Assembly: GCA_963708295.1 (NCBI GenBank)
Contig: CAVPSJ010000012.1
Coordinates: 160,001 to 224,000, forward strand
Direction: 5' to 3'
Origin: an uncultured delta proteobacterium
Lineage (GTDB): Bacteria > Desulfobacterota > BSN033 > UBA1163
DNA length: 64,000 nt
In this document: piece after piece, positions 19,890-28,157 of the stretch
Numbering within the stretch: the first letter of the stretch is position 1
Layout of the letters: every line of letters starts with the position of its first letter
Notes under the pieces: model-generated
The model's database searches: none
What the model was told of the DNA's origin: nothing
Seen by the model: the letters and a program-made list of their open reading frames with translations, nothing else
Made by a program: the position numbers and the translations under genes

Positions 19890-21311
19890 ATGAAAAAGTT
19901 AGGGGAACACCTTCCATGGGCAGTCCCGGCACTGAGTAACTTAGCTGCGACCTTACATGGCTGGAGGCTCAATCAACAGCGTTACGGAAATGAATATCAT
20001 CGATGCATCGAAGAGATTCTCCGAAGGGATACATGGAACTCAGAACAGATTTTAAGATACCAAGAAGAAAATCTGCAGCGCCTTATCAAACATGCAGCCA
20101 CGCATGTGCCGTACTACCGAGAGGTATTTAGGCAGCGAGGTTTGTCGCCGGATGACATTAAGAATGTTTCTGACCTACAAAAACTTCCCATCCTTGAAAA
20201 GAGCCAGGTTCGTGATAACCCTCTGAGATTTGTGGATGAGCGGCTCGATATACGACGACTTCACATGGATCGAACCTCGGGTACCACAGGTATCCCGGTT
20301 ACTTTATACAAATCTAATGAGTCCATTCAGCGTCACTATGCCTTCTTCGAGGTGCGCTGTCGCCGTATCGCAGGCTTGCAATATGGTCGTTTACCTTATG
20401 TGATGTTTGGTGCTCAGACGGTCGTCCCTGCCTGGCGCACTAAGCCTCCATTCTGGTGTTACAACTACATTGCAAGGCAACTCTATATGTCAGTCTTCCA
20501 CCTATCCCCCCAATATCTGCCATGGTATTGCCGGGAAATGCGCAGCCGACCTTTTCACGCCATCATGGGTTATCCTTCCAGTTTATACACCGTCGCCCAG
20601 TATATACTCAAAAAGGGTGAACCGACATTTCAAATGTGTTGTGCGATAACCAGCGGGGAAATATTGCACCCACAACAGCGCCGCGAAATCTCTGCCGCCT
20701 TCGGGTGCGAGGTCTTCGATCAGTATGGATGTTCTGAAAATGTGGTCTTTGGTGCTCAGTGCCCTGCAGGCGCCATGCACCTCAGCCCTGACTACAGTGT
20801 GGTGGAAATCGTAGACGATCGCGGTAACCAGATCCCACCCATTCAAAAGGGACAATTGTTATGCACTGGCTTGTTAAATTACGCCCAAGTGCTGATCCGC
20901 TACCAGTTGGGCGACCGCGGCAGCATGAGCACTAATTCCTGCTCTTGTGGACGACCGCTCCCTACATTGGCCTCAATTGACGGTCGTACAAGCGAGGAAC
21001 ACTTTATCACCCGCGACGGCCGGCGGATTACACGCACTGGTACCGTAACGGAGGACGTACCCCACGTGGCCGAGTGCCAGGTCGTGCAGGAGGATTATGA
21101 GCGCTATACGATTAATATCGTTCCTCGCCCCGGCTTCAATGACGCAGACAGGGCTAAATTACACGAGAATCTAACTCAAACGGTAGGTAAGGTCCAGATT
21201 GATGTCAAGGTGGTAGAGCTTCTCGAACGGACACCCAGCGGCAAGGTACTATTGGTAAATTCCAAACTTGAACACTCGGAGCAGGAATCGGTTGGAACAA
21301 GACCAAAGTGA
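19890..21311 (+). CDS. Phenylacetate-CoA ligase/CapK-like adenylating enzyme
   Basis: HVPYYR, LPILEK, TSGTTG, DQYGCSE, LIRYQLGD. Confidence 0.88.
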   Translation: MKKLGEHLPWAVPALSNLAATLHGWRLNQQRYGNEYHRCIEEILRRDTWNSEQILRYQEENLQRLIKHAATHVPYYREVFRQRGLSPDDIKNVSDLQKLPILEKSQVRDNPLRFVDERLDIRRLHMDRTSGTTGIPVTLYKSNESIQRHYAFFEVRCRRIAGLQYGRLPYVMFGAQTVVPAWRTKPPFWCYNYIARQLYMSVFHLSPQYLPWYCREMRSRPFHAIMGYPSSLYTVAQYILKKGEPTFQMCCAITSGEILHPQQRREISAAFGCEVFDQYGCSENVVFGAQCPAGAMHLSPDYSVVEIVDDRGNQIPPIQKGQLLCTGLLNYAQVLIRYQLGDRGSMSTNSCSCGRPLPTLASIDGRTSEEHFITRDGRRITRTGTVTEDVPHVAECQVVQEDYERYTINIVPRPGFNDADRAKLHENLTQTVGKVQIDVKVVELLERTPSGKVLLVNSKLEHSEQESVGTRPK

Positions 21312-21405
21312 GGTGGAAATCAAAGGGCTCTCTTTCATACAGCATGTTTTTTGTTTAGTACGAGAGTGTTTAATTTTAAAAAACTTTTTCAAAGGGTGGA
21401 AACAT

Positions 21406-22494
21406 ATGATAGTAACAATAATAGGAGCTGGAAACGCTGGTTATGCACAAGCCTGCAAGCTGACGGAAAGTGGGCATACCGTAAGGTTATTAAAAACTTC
21501 GCATGCAATACATGAGGAAAGTTTTGAAGAGGTTCAGAGAAATGGGGGCATTTATGCTATTGATACTACCAACAACGAAAATACCTTTTTTGCTAAACTT
21601 GGCAAGATAACTAGAAACGTTAAGGAAGCAATGTTGGGCGCTGATGTGATCATGGTGGTGACGCAGACTCTCTATCATGAATCTATTGCTAAGAAGATTG
21701 CCAAATATATCAAAGAGAACCAATTAGTTATTATTATACCCGGTAATTCGGGAAGTATTCTCTTTAAAAACAATACGAACAAGAAAAATGTTATTCTCTC
21801 GGAAGGAGAATCAATGCCATATGATGCAAGGATTATAGAAAATGGAAAAGTAAGGATATCGTTTAAAAATGTTAGAAATGCATTGTCTTTTTTACCGGCT
21901 TCAAGAAAAGAGGACGGGATGAAAGTTGCATCTAAATTATTTGATACATATAGATATTTCCGGAGACATATTTTCGAATCTGCGTTACATAATCCTAATA
22001 TTGTAGTCCATATTATAGGGACGATCCTCTCGTCTAGCAGGATTGAATACAGTAAAGGGGATTTTTGGATGTATCGTGAAGGTTTTACAGATTCAATTTG
22101 GAACGTAGTAAATGACCTGGATAAGGAAAAAAATGATATTTTGGAGGCATTGGGTTGTGAAAGATTAAACTATTTAGATGCGTGTAAGTTTAGGAATGGA
22201 GAAGATTTAAAGGCCGATTCATTGGAAGTTTTTAAGCAATATGCGCAAAAAGGTGGTCCAAAGGGACCGAGTAGTTTGAATACAAGATTTCTTTATGAAG
22301 ATATTCCAATGGGTCTATGCCTGTTAAGTTCGCTGGGAAAGAAATGTGGCATACCAACCCCTATTTCAGATTCATTAATTAATATGGCTTCGTCACTGTT
22401 AAAGAAAGATTTTTGGAAAGAGGGACGGACATTAGAAACACTTGGATTAGGTAGAATGAGTAAAGAAGAAATGATAAATTATGTAACCAATTAA
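21406..22494 (+). CDS. NAD/NADP opine (octopine/nopaline) dehydrogenase family protein
   Basis: IIGAGNAG, ALHNPNIVVH, GPSSLNTRFLYEDIPMGL, GRTLETLGL; visibly AT-rich. Confidence 0.88.
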   Translation: MIVTIIGAGNAGYAQACKLTESGHTVRLLKTSHAIHEESFEEVQRNGGIYAIDTTNNENTFFAKLGKITRNVKEAMLGADVIMVVTQTLYHESIAKKIAKYIKENQLVIIIPGNSGSILFKNNTNKKNVILSEGESMPYDARIIENGKVRISFKNVRNALSFLPASRKEDGMKVASKLFDTYRYFRRHIFESALHNPNIVVHIIGTILSSSRIEYSKGDFWMYREGFTDSIWNVVNDLDKEKNDILEALGCERLNYLDACKFRNGEDLKADSLEVFKQYAQKGGPKGPSSLNTRFLYEDIPMGLCLLSSLGKKCGIPTPISDSLINMASSLLKKDFWKEGRTLETLGLGRMSKEEMINYVTN

Positions 22495-22551
22495 GTTTAA
22501 TCACCCCACTCCCAGATCAGAGAGTGATTCAGCTAAACAGAACCAGCTCGT

Positions 22552-23202
22552 TTATTGATACCGCCCACTTTCTGAAATTCTACGGTTTTTTGCGGCTTCA
22601 ATATCCTTAATGTGGTTAATGTGTTGAAAATGGGTTTCCAGCCCTGGGGCCAATCGTTTTTCAGCAATCGATTCTATGATTTCATTAACTTCATTGTCTG
22701 CCAGCACAGTTCGGACCTGTGAACGGATGTACTGAATGTACCCGCGCGGCCCCGTTACGTTCTTTGGCATCTCCGTTTTGAAAGTGCTGTCCCCAATGGA
22801 AACAACAACCGATCGCATCTTATCATCCGGTATTCCCAGAATTTCAGACAATGTCTTCGTATGTTTGTAGTTCTGCCGAAGCGGGTTCTGGAATTTCTCG
22901 GAATGGCGAAATATCTTCTGCGTCCAATAGGCGTCTCCTTCCTTGCCGAATATCCAGCCTCTCAGGTTTTTCGTCTCGACTACAAAAACACCAAAGCGCG
23001 AAACGATGACATGGTCGATTTGTGTCGTTCCCCCGTCTGCCGGAATAGTAACATTCTTAATAAGGTGGTAGACGTTTTTGTCCAAGGAAAACTTCGTTAG
23101 GAGATTAACCTGAAGTTCACCTATCCAGCCTTTGAACCAAGGGTTTTTGAGGATAATAGCAAGAACAGCTATGATCCCGGCCAATATATATATTTTAGTC
23201 AT
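22552..23202 (-). CDS. NERD domain nuclease-related protein with N-terminal TM
   Basis: KGWIGE, TTQIDHVIVSRFGVFVVETKN, FQNPLRQNYKH. Confidence 0.9.
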   Translation of the reverse strand: MTKIYILAGIIAVLAIILKNPWFKGWIGELQVNLLTKFSLDKNVYHLIKNVTIPADGGTTQIDHVIVSRFGVFVVETKNLRGWIFGKEGDAYWTQKIFRHSEKFQNPLRQNYKHTKTLSEILGIPDDKMRSVVVSIGDSTFKTEMPKNVTGPRGYIQYIRSQVRTVLADNEVNEIIESIAEKRLAPGLETHFQHINHIKDIEAAKNRRISESGRYQ

Positions 23203-23243
23203 CTCTTGACCCCTTAAGGGTAGCTCAAACAAACCTTCATCTT

Positions 23244-23275
23244 GGGTGTCAGGTCTACACTATTCACTACCCGCC
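23244..23275. repeat. Type-B element end repeat GGTRTCAGGTCTACACKATTCACT (other copies 5191, 23446, 24844)
   Basis: Near-identical ~24-mers at four loci; the 24844 copy is more degenerate. Confidence 0.75.
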
Positions 23276-23495
23276 TGCATCAATCGTGTCAGTGTTAGTG
23301 TCTGTGTCAGCATAGAACATCTAAACACCGTGTGAGTGTCCGTGGTAAATAGATAATCCTGTCGAACCAAAAATATTATTGCCCCCTTTTTTACCCTGTT
23401 TTAGAGGTAATACCCTTTCTTCGCCATGGAGCGCCAGCCGCAACTGGGTATCAGGTCTACACGATTCACTACCGCCCACCTTTCAATTGAGTCTT

Positions 23496-24659
23496 TTATG
23501 AAAGGGCAGATAACAGCTTTTCTATCGACAATGCCTTTATGCCGGGGCGAAGCGCCGAGATGGACTCCTTTCCCTTCGAAGGCCGATAGATGAGAAATCG
23601 ATCGACCTTATAATTGGATACCACCTTTGACAGACGACTGAGAGACTCCGCTGTCTCAGGCCAAACGGTCCGGGAGGCTTTGGCCTCAAGGAGGATAAGT
23701 TTATGGTCCCCCCCGGGAACCAAAAAATCCACCTCAAGGCCTTGCTGATCCCTAAAATAATAGAGCTCTCTTGCTCTTCCCGAATTCATTTGTCGTTTGA
23801 TGATTTCCGACGCAACGAATCCTTCAAAAATAGCTCCCAGAAACGTAGAGCCGTTCAACATCTTTTCAGACTCGATTCCCAGTAAGTGGCAAACAAGACC
23901 TGAATCGAAAAAATAGAGTTTTGGCGATTTGATAAGCCGTTTCCCAAAATTCTCGTAGAAGGGCGGTACAAGAATGATTTGAGAGGTAATTTCAAGAATG
24001 TTCAACCATTCGGAAATCGTTGGTACCGTCACCCCGAGAGGAGCAGCTAAATCCGTGCGATTCAGGATTTGTCCACAGCGGCTCGCTAAGAGCGATAGAA
24101 AACGGCGAAATGTTGCCAGATCCCGTATGGAGCTGATGGCCCGAACATCTCTCTCCAAATAGGTCTGGATATATGACCGAAACCACGTCTGAGAGACCGA
24201 AGGATGAGCGAGGACTTCTGGGAATCCTCCATTCAAGAGAGATACCTTGGGGGTCTCCAGAAGAGAGAGTGTCAACAGATGAAACACAGCGGCTCGACCT
24301 GCCATCGACTCGGTGGCCCCTTTCATGAGGGGAGACTCCTGGGACCCTGTGAGCAACCATTGGCCCTTCTTATTTGGGAATCGGTCAATCTGAGTTCTTA
24401 CATAGCTAAGGATTTCTGGAACATTCTGAATTTCATCAAGAATGGCAGGGGGGCGAATTTCCTCAATAAAGGAATGGGGATCTGCACGGAGGCGTGCGAT
24501 GATGTCTGGATCTTCCAGCAAATAATACTGGGCTTTCGGGAAGAGCTTTCCGAGAAGGGTAGTTTTCCCTGCTCGTCGGGGACCCGTGAGAATGAGCCCC
24601 GAAAAATGTTTCGAAGCTAAAAGGAGTTCTGATTCAATCTTTCGGGGGATGTATTTCAT
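23496..24659 (-). CDS. AAA+ ATPase with DUF4143 (AAA_14-type)
   Basis: GPRRAGKTT, ILDEIQNVP, LTGSQ, TYLERDV, KRLIKSPKLYFFDSGL, EVDF. Confidence 0.92.
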   Translation of the reverse strand: MKYIPRKIESELLLASKHFSGLILTGPRRAGKTTLLGKLFPKAQYYLLEDPDIIARLRADPHSFIEEIRPPAILDEIQNVPEILSYVRTQIDRFPNKKGQWLLTGSQESPLMKGATESMAGRAAVFHLLTLSLLETPKVSLLNGGFPEVLAHPSVSQTWFRSYIQTYLERDVRAISSIRDLATFRRFLSLLASRCGQILNRTDLAAPLGVTVPTISEWLNILEITSQIILVPPFYENFGKRLIKSPKLYFFDSGLVCHLLGIESEKMLNGSTFLGAIFEGFVASEIIKRQMNSGRARELYYFRDQQGLEVDFLVPGGDHKLILLEAKASRTVWPETAESLSRLSKVVSNYKVDRFLIYRPSKGKESISALRPGIKALSIEKLLSALS

Positions 24660-24729
24660 CTTGAGTATTCTAAACCGTTACTTTAAATAACTCAAATAAA
24701 AAGATGATTTCTTTTTCACGGATCTTACA

Positions 24730-24842
24730 CTCCTTGAGCTCCTTTTTCTTTGAAAGGGCAACCCGTTCATAGAGCATCGCGTTAATCTGTCGATCAAGCT
24801 GCCTGACTGACCAGCCAGCTCTTCGGGTTTCTTCCTCATGCC
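24730..24842 (-). pseudogene. Internal fragment of a second YhcG/DUF1016 gene
   Basis: Manual translation EEETRRAGWSVRQLDRQINAMLYERVALSKKK aligns with WSTRTLEKKISGMLFERTALSKK of the neighbouring gene. Confidence 0.6.
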
Positions 24843-24865
24843 AGCGTATAGGTCTACACTCTACA

Positions 24866-25057
24866 CTACCCGCCTTCCCCTTTCAATTGTTCCGGAGTCC
24901 TTTCTTCCAGCCAAAGCTTACAGACATTTTTCCAACCAATACGCCGCCATCTTTTGAATACTGCCTTCAAATCCCCCAAATCTTTCGCTTCCAGAAGATC
25001 TTTTTGAGCCGCCTTCAAATCTTCAAGAGATGCAATCGCTGGCATGGGCACCTCCAA
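24866..25057 (-). CDS. Small hypothetical protein
   Basis: About 60 aa; GGAGG RBS before ATG at ~25045. Confidence 0.65.
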   Translation of the reverse strand: MEVPMPAIASLEDLKAAQKDLLEAKDLGDLKAVFKRWRRIGWKNVCKLWLEERTPEQLKGEGG

Positions 25058-25133
25058 CTAACGTAAAAGAAAAACCGCATAGGGCATAGAGCATAGGGTA
25101 AAATTACTGCCGTAAAGCGTCAGGCGTTAGGAG

Positions 25134-26186
25134 TCAGGCATTTCCTGGTTCTTCGCTTTTTTCTTCCAAACGAACCCGCGCCAGAAGTATCGCCTCGTGA
25201 AGCTTCCTCTGTAAAAGCTTCCGAGGGGGAAGCTCTGTCAAATAAGCCGCCACACGAATCCCACTCTTGTCTAGCTGAAGTAACTTGATCTGTTCCTCGG
25301 ATTTGTCGGCACACAAGATTAATCCGATTGGAGAATCCTCTCCGCGTTGTTGCTCATACTTTTCCAGCCACCTAAGATAAAGCTCCATCTGGCCTTTATC
25401 CGCAGCCTGAAATTTTCCTAACTTCAAATCAATGGCTACCAAACGCCGCAGCTTCCGATGGTAAAAGAGCAGGTCGAGGTAATAATCCTCATCGTCTACC
25501 GCCATCCTCTTCTGTCTGGCTACAAAGCTAAAGCCCGCCCCGAGTTCTAAGATGAAGGATTCCAATTCTCTCAGGATGGCTGTCTCAAGGTCCTTCTCGC
25601 TGTAGGTATCCTTCAACCCAAGGAAATCGAGAAAATAGGGATCACGAAAAACAAGATCAGGTGTGAGTTTATCCTCTTCCCGTAATTTAATGAGCTCTTG
25701 TTTGGCCAACTCCGCCGGTTTCTTAGAAAGGGCGGTTCGCTCAAAGAGCATGCCGGAGATTTTCTTTTCGAGAGTCCGCGTGCTCCACCGTTCGATGCGG
25801 CACATTTCCGCATAGAAGTCCCTCTTCAGCGGATCATCCAAAGGGATGATGTGCCGAAAATGGGTCCAGCCCAATTGTGTACTCAGTGCGTTCACAATCT
25901 TCTCGTCCGGGAATACCTCCGCAAACCGTAACATGTGCCACAGGTTTCGAGAGGAAAAACTCAAACCAAATTCAGAGACCAATTGCGTCGACAGTGTCGA
26001 CACAATTTTCTCCCCATAGTCAGCCCGCTCTTCCTTCAGGATGTCTTTGCGGATGCGTTGGCCCACGCGCCAGTAGAGCATTACCAAGGCAGAATTCACC
26101 TGCCGGGCTACATCCTGTCGTGCCTCAATGATCAGGGACCTTAAATCCTGGAACAGGCTGTCTGATATTTGAAGGAGTTTTGTCAT
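25134..26186 (-). CDS. YhcG/DUF1016 PD-(D/E)XK nuclease-domain protein
   Basis: LYWRVG, RDPYFLDFLGL, LELGAGFSFVARQ, DLLFYHRKLR, GQMELYL, PIGLILC. Confidence 0.93.
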   Translation of the reverse strand: MTKLLQISDSLFQDLRSLIIEARQDVARQVNSALVMLYWRVGQRIRKDILKEERADYGEKIVSTLSTQLVSEFGLSFSSRNLWHMLRFAEVFPDEKIVNALSTQLGWTHFRHIIPLDDPLKRDFYAEMCRIERWSTRTLEKKISGMLFERTALSKKPAELAKQELIKLREEDKLTPDLVFRDPYFLDFLGLKDTYSEKDLETAILRELESFILELGAGFSFVARQKRMAVDDEDYYLDLLFYHRKLRRLVAIDLKLGKFQAADKGQMELYLRWLEKYEQQRGEDSPIGLILCADKSEEQIKLLQLDKSGIRVAAYLTELPPRKLLQRKLHEAILLARVRLEEKSEEPGNA

Positions 26187-26307
26187 AACCGTTCTGGAGG
26201 CGTGATGGGTAAGGTGTTAAAAATCAGAAGACGAAAAGGCCCATGCCTTTTGAGAACGGGCTTAAAACCAGTCCCAGAACTTTTCAATGTTTGAATCCCC
26301 CACCCGG

Positions 26308-26377
26308 GTTTACCCCGTCAGAAAGCCCCGCGTGAGGCTTGCTGTTAGAAAGTAGAAGACTTTCTAACGGGGTAAAC
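26308..26377. repeat. Palindromic REP/MITE-like element
   Basis: GTTTACCCCGTCAGAAAG ... CTTTCTAACGGGGTAAAC inverted repeat with 1 mismatch. Confidence 0.6.
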
Positions 26378-26635
26378 CCTCTCAGAAAAACAACAGGTCG
26401 ACAGTTTGGATTACTTTTAGATCTTATTGGGCGGGAAGTCAATAATAAAATTGCGGAATGCGCGCGGAATCTCTCTCTTTGTCGAGGAACAACCAATGGA
26501 ACAAATTGGCAATCCTAAAAAGATAATTTTCACAATTAGTTTTTGGGATTGACAAACCTTGTGCTCGTGGTACATTTGAACCAAATCTTCTGGCTTATAG
26601 AGCGGGGAAAGAGAAGGGCTCGAAAGGGGGGCATG

Positions 26636-27763
26636 ATGGCGACGGACATTTATGAAAGATTGGCTGAACATCTCGATAATCTGCCCGGAGGTTTCCCACG
26701 GACTGAAAGTGGCGTGGAAATGCGAATTCTACGGCGGCTCTTTACCCCTGAAGACGCCAAGCTTGCGGTCCACCTGACACTGATCCCTGAGGAACCAAGA
26801 GTGGTTGCTCGGCGGGCCAGGATCCCGGTCGGGGAGGCTTCCCAACGATTGGAGGGGATGGTCAAGGCCGGCCTGATCATCGGGGTCTATCCGAAGAACA
26901 AATCACCTCTGTACATGGCCGAGCAGTTCCTCGTCGGCTTCTGGGAAAGCCAGGTGAATCGACTGAGTCGAGAGCTGATCGAAGAGTTCGAAGAGTACCT
27001 GCCGTTTTTCACCGAACAAAACATCGGGCCGGGAGTCCCCCAGTTGAGAACGATCCCCGTGGGGAAGAGCATCAGCACGCAAACCGAGGTCATGCTCTAT
27101 GAGCGGGCAGAGGAGCTGGTGCGGACCCACAAGACATTTGCCGTGGCCAATTGTATTTGCCGGCAGGAGATGCGCATCATGGGCAAAGGCTGTAAGAAGC
27201 CCGAAGAGAGCTGCCTGAGTATGGGAATGGCCGCCAAACTCGTGGTGCGCACGGGCAGGGGCAGGCCCATCGACAGGGAGGAGGCCCTGGCGATCCTTCG
27301 GCGTGCCGAGGAAGTCGGGCTCGTCCTGCAACCCTCCAACTCTAAGAAGGCCCCTTTTATCTGAACGTGCTGCGGCTGCTGCTGTGGCGTGCTCCGCAGC
27401 ATTAAACGCTATCCGAATCCGGCCAGTCTCGTGTCTACCCCTTTTGTGGCGAGCCTCGCGACCGATACGTGCAAAGGCTGTGGAGCCTGTGTCAAGCGCT
27501 GCCAGATGGAAGCCCTTTCTGTAGACCATAAGAAAGCGGCCCTGGATTCGAATCGATGCATCGGTTGCGGTTTGTGTGTCAGCACGTGCCCTACCGGCTC
27601 GCTTTCTCTCATACGCAAGCCCAGAGCGAAACAGCCCTATGTTCCCGGGGATATCGTGGAAACCCATATCAAGCTCGGGAAGGCTCGAGGCAAGCTGGGT
27701 GTCGGCAAGAGGATAGGGATGAAGGTCAGGTCGAAGCTGGACCGGTTGCTAGCCTCTAAATAG
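26636..27763 (+). CDS. 4Fe-4S dicluster protein with N-terminal HTH-like region; in-frame TGA at 27362 (candidate selenocysteine)
   Basis: The two ORFs are in the same frame; read-through gives FI[TGA]TCCGCCCGVLR then CKGCGACVKRC and CIGCGLCVSTCP; 375 aa. Confidence 0.8.
27365..27402 (+). promoter_or_regulatory. Putative bacterial SECIS hairpin
   Basis: TGCTGCGG (27368-75) pairs with CCGCAGCA (27394-401); possible upper stem with UGUG apical loop about 18 nt after the UGA. Confidence 0.45.
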
Positions 27764-27907
27764 ATAAGGGGGGCAGTGAATCCCTCCCCAACTTGAGTCA
27801 GACCAATTAATCCACCGGCGTTTTGTTCATGGGTCCCAAATCTACCGGCAGCACTCCTTTGACAGCTTGAGTTCACATACTTATATTTGAAGTGAGGAGG
27901 CAAGCCA

Positions 27908-28078
27908 ATGAACAGTAGACTATTAAAATGGTTTATGATCGTGTTGTTCTCGATATCAGCGCTGACCGGGTGTTTTTTTTATCACGACCGGGATGATCAC
28001 TATCGGGATCATGGGTACTCTCACGATAGGGATGATCACCACCACCCTGATCGAGACGACGGACACCATAGATACTAA
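27908..28078 (+). CDS. 56-aa His/Asp/Arg-rich lipoprotein
   Basis: GAGGAGG RBS; MNSRLLKWFMIVLFSISALTGCFFYHDRDDHYRDHGYSHDRDDHHHPDRDDGHHRY*; LTGC lipobox; below the ORF-track cutoff. Confidence 0.75.
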   Translation: MNSRLLKWFMIVLFSISALTGCFFYHDRDDHYRDHGYSHDRDDHHHPDRDDGHHRY

Positions 28079-28157
28079 CGAATTCTTTATTTACTCCGGC
28101 CCGGAAAAGAACCGGAACAAGGACGGAGGAGATGAGGCGGAAGCCGGCGGATTCTGC

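Noticed and set aside
5191-24889. AGGTCTACAC repeats as CRISPR repeats or integron attC sites
   Set aside because: Irregular spacing, no RYYYAAC/GTTRRRY palindromic attC structure, no integrase or cas genes.
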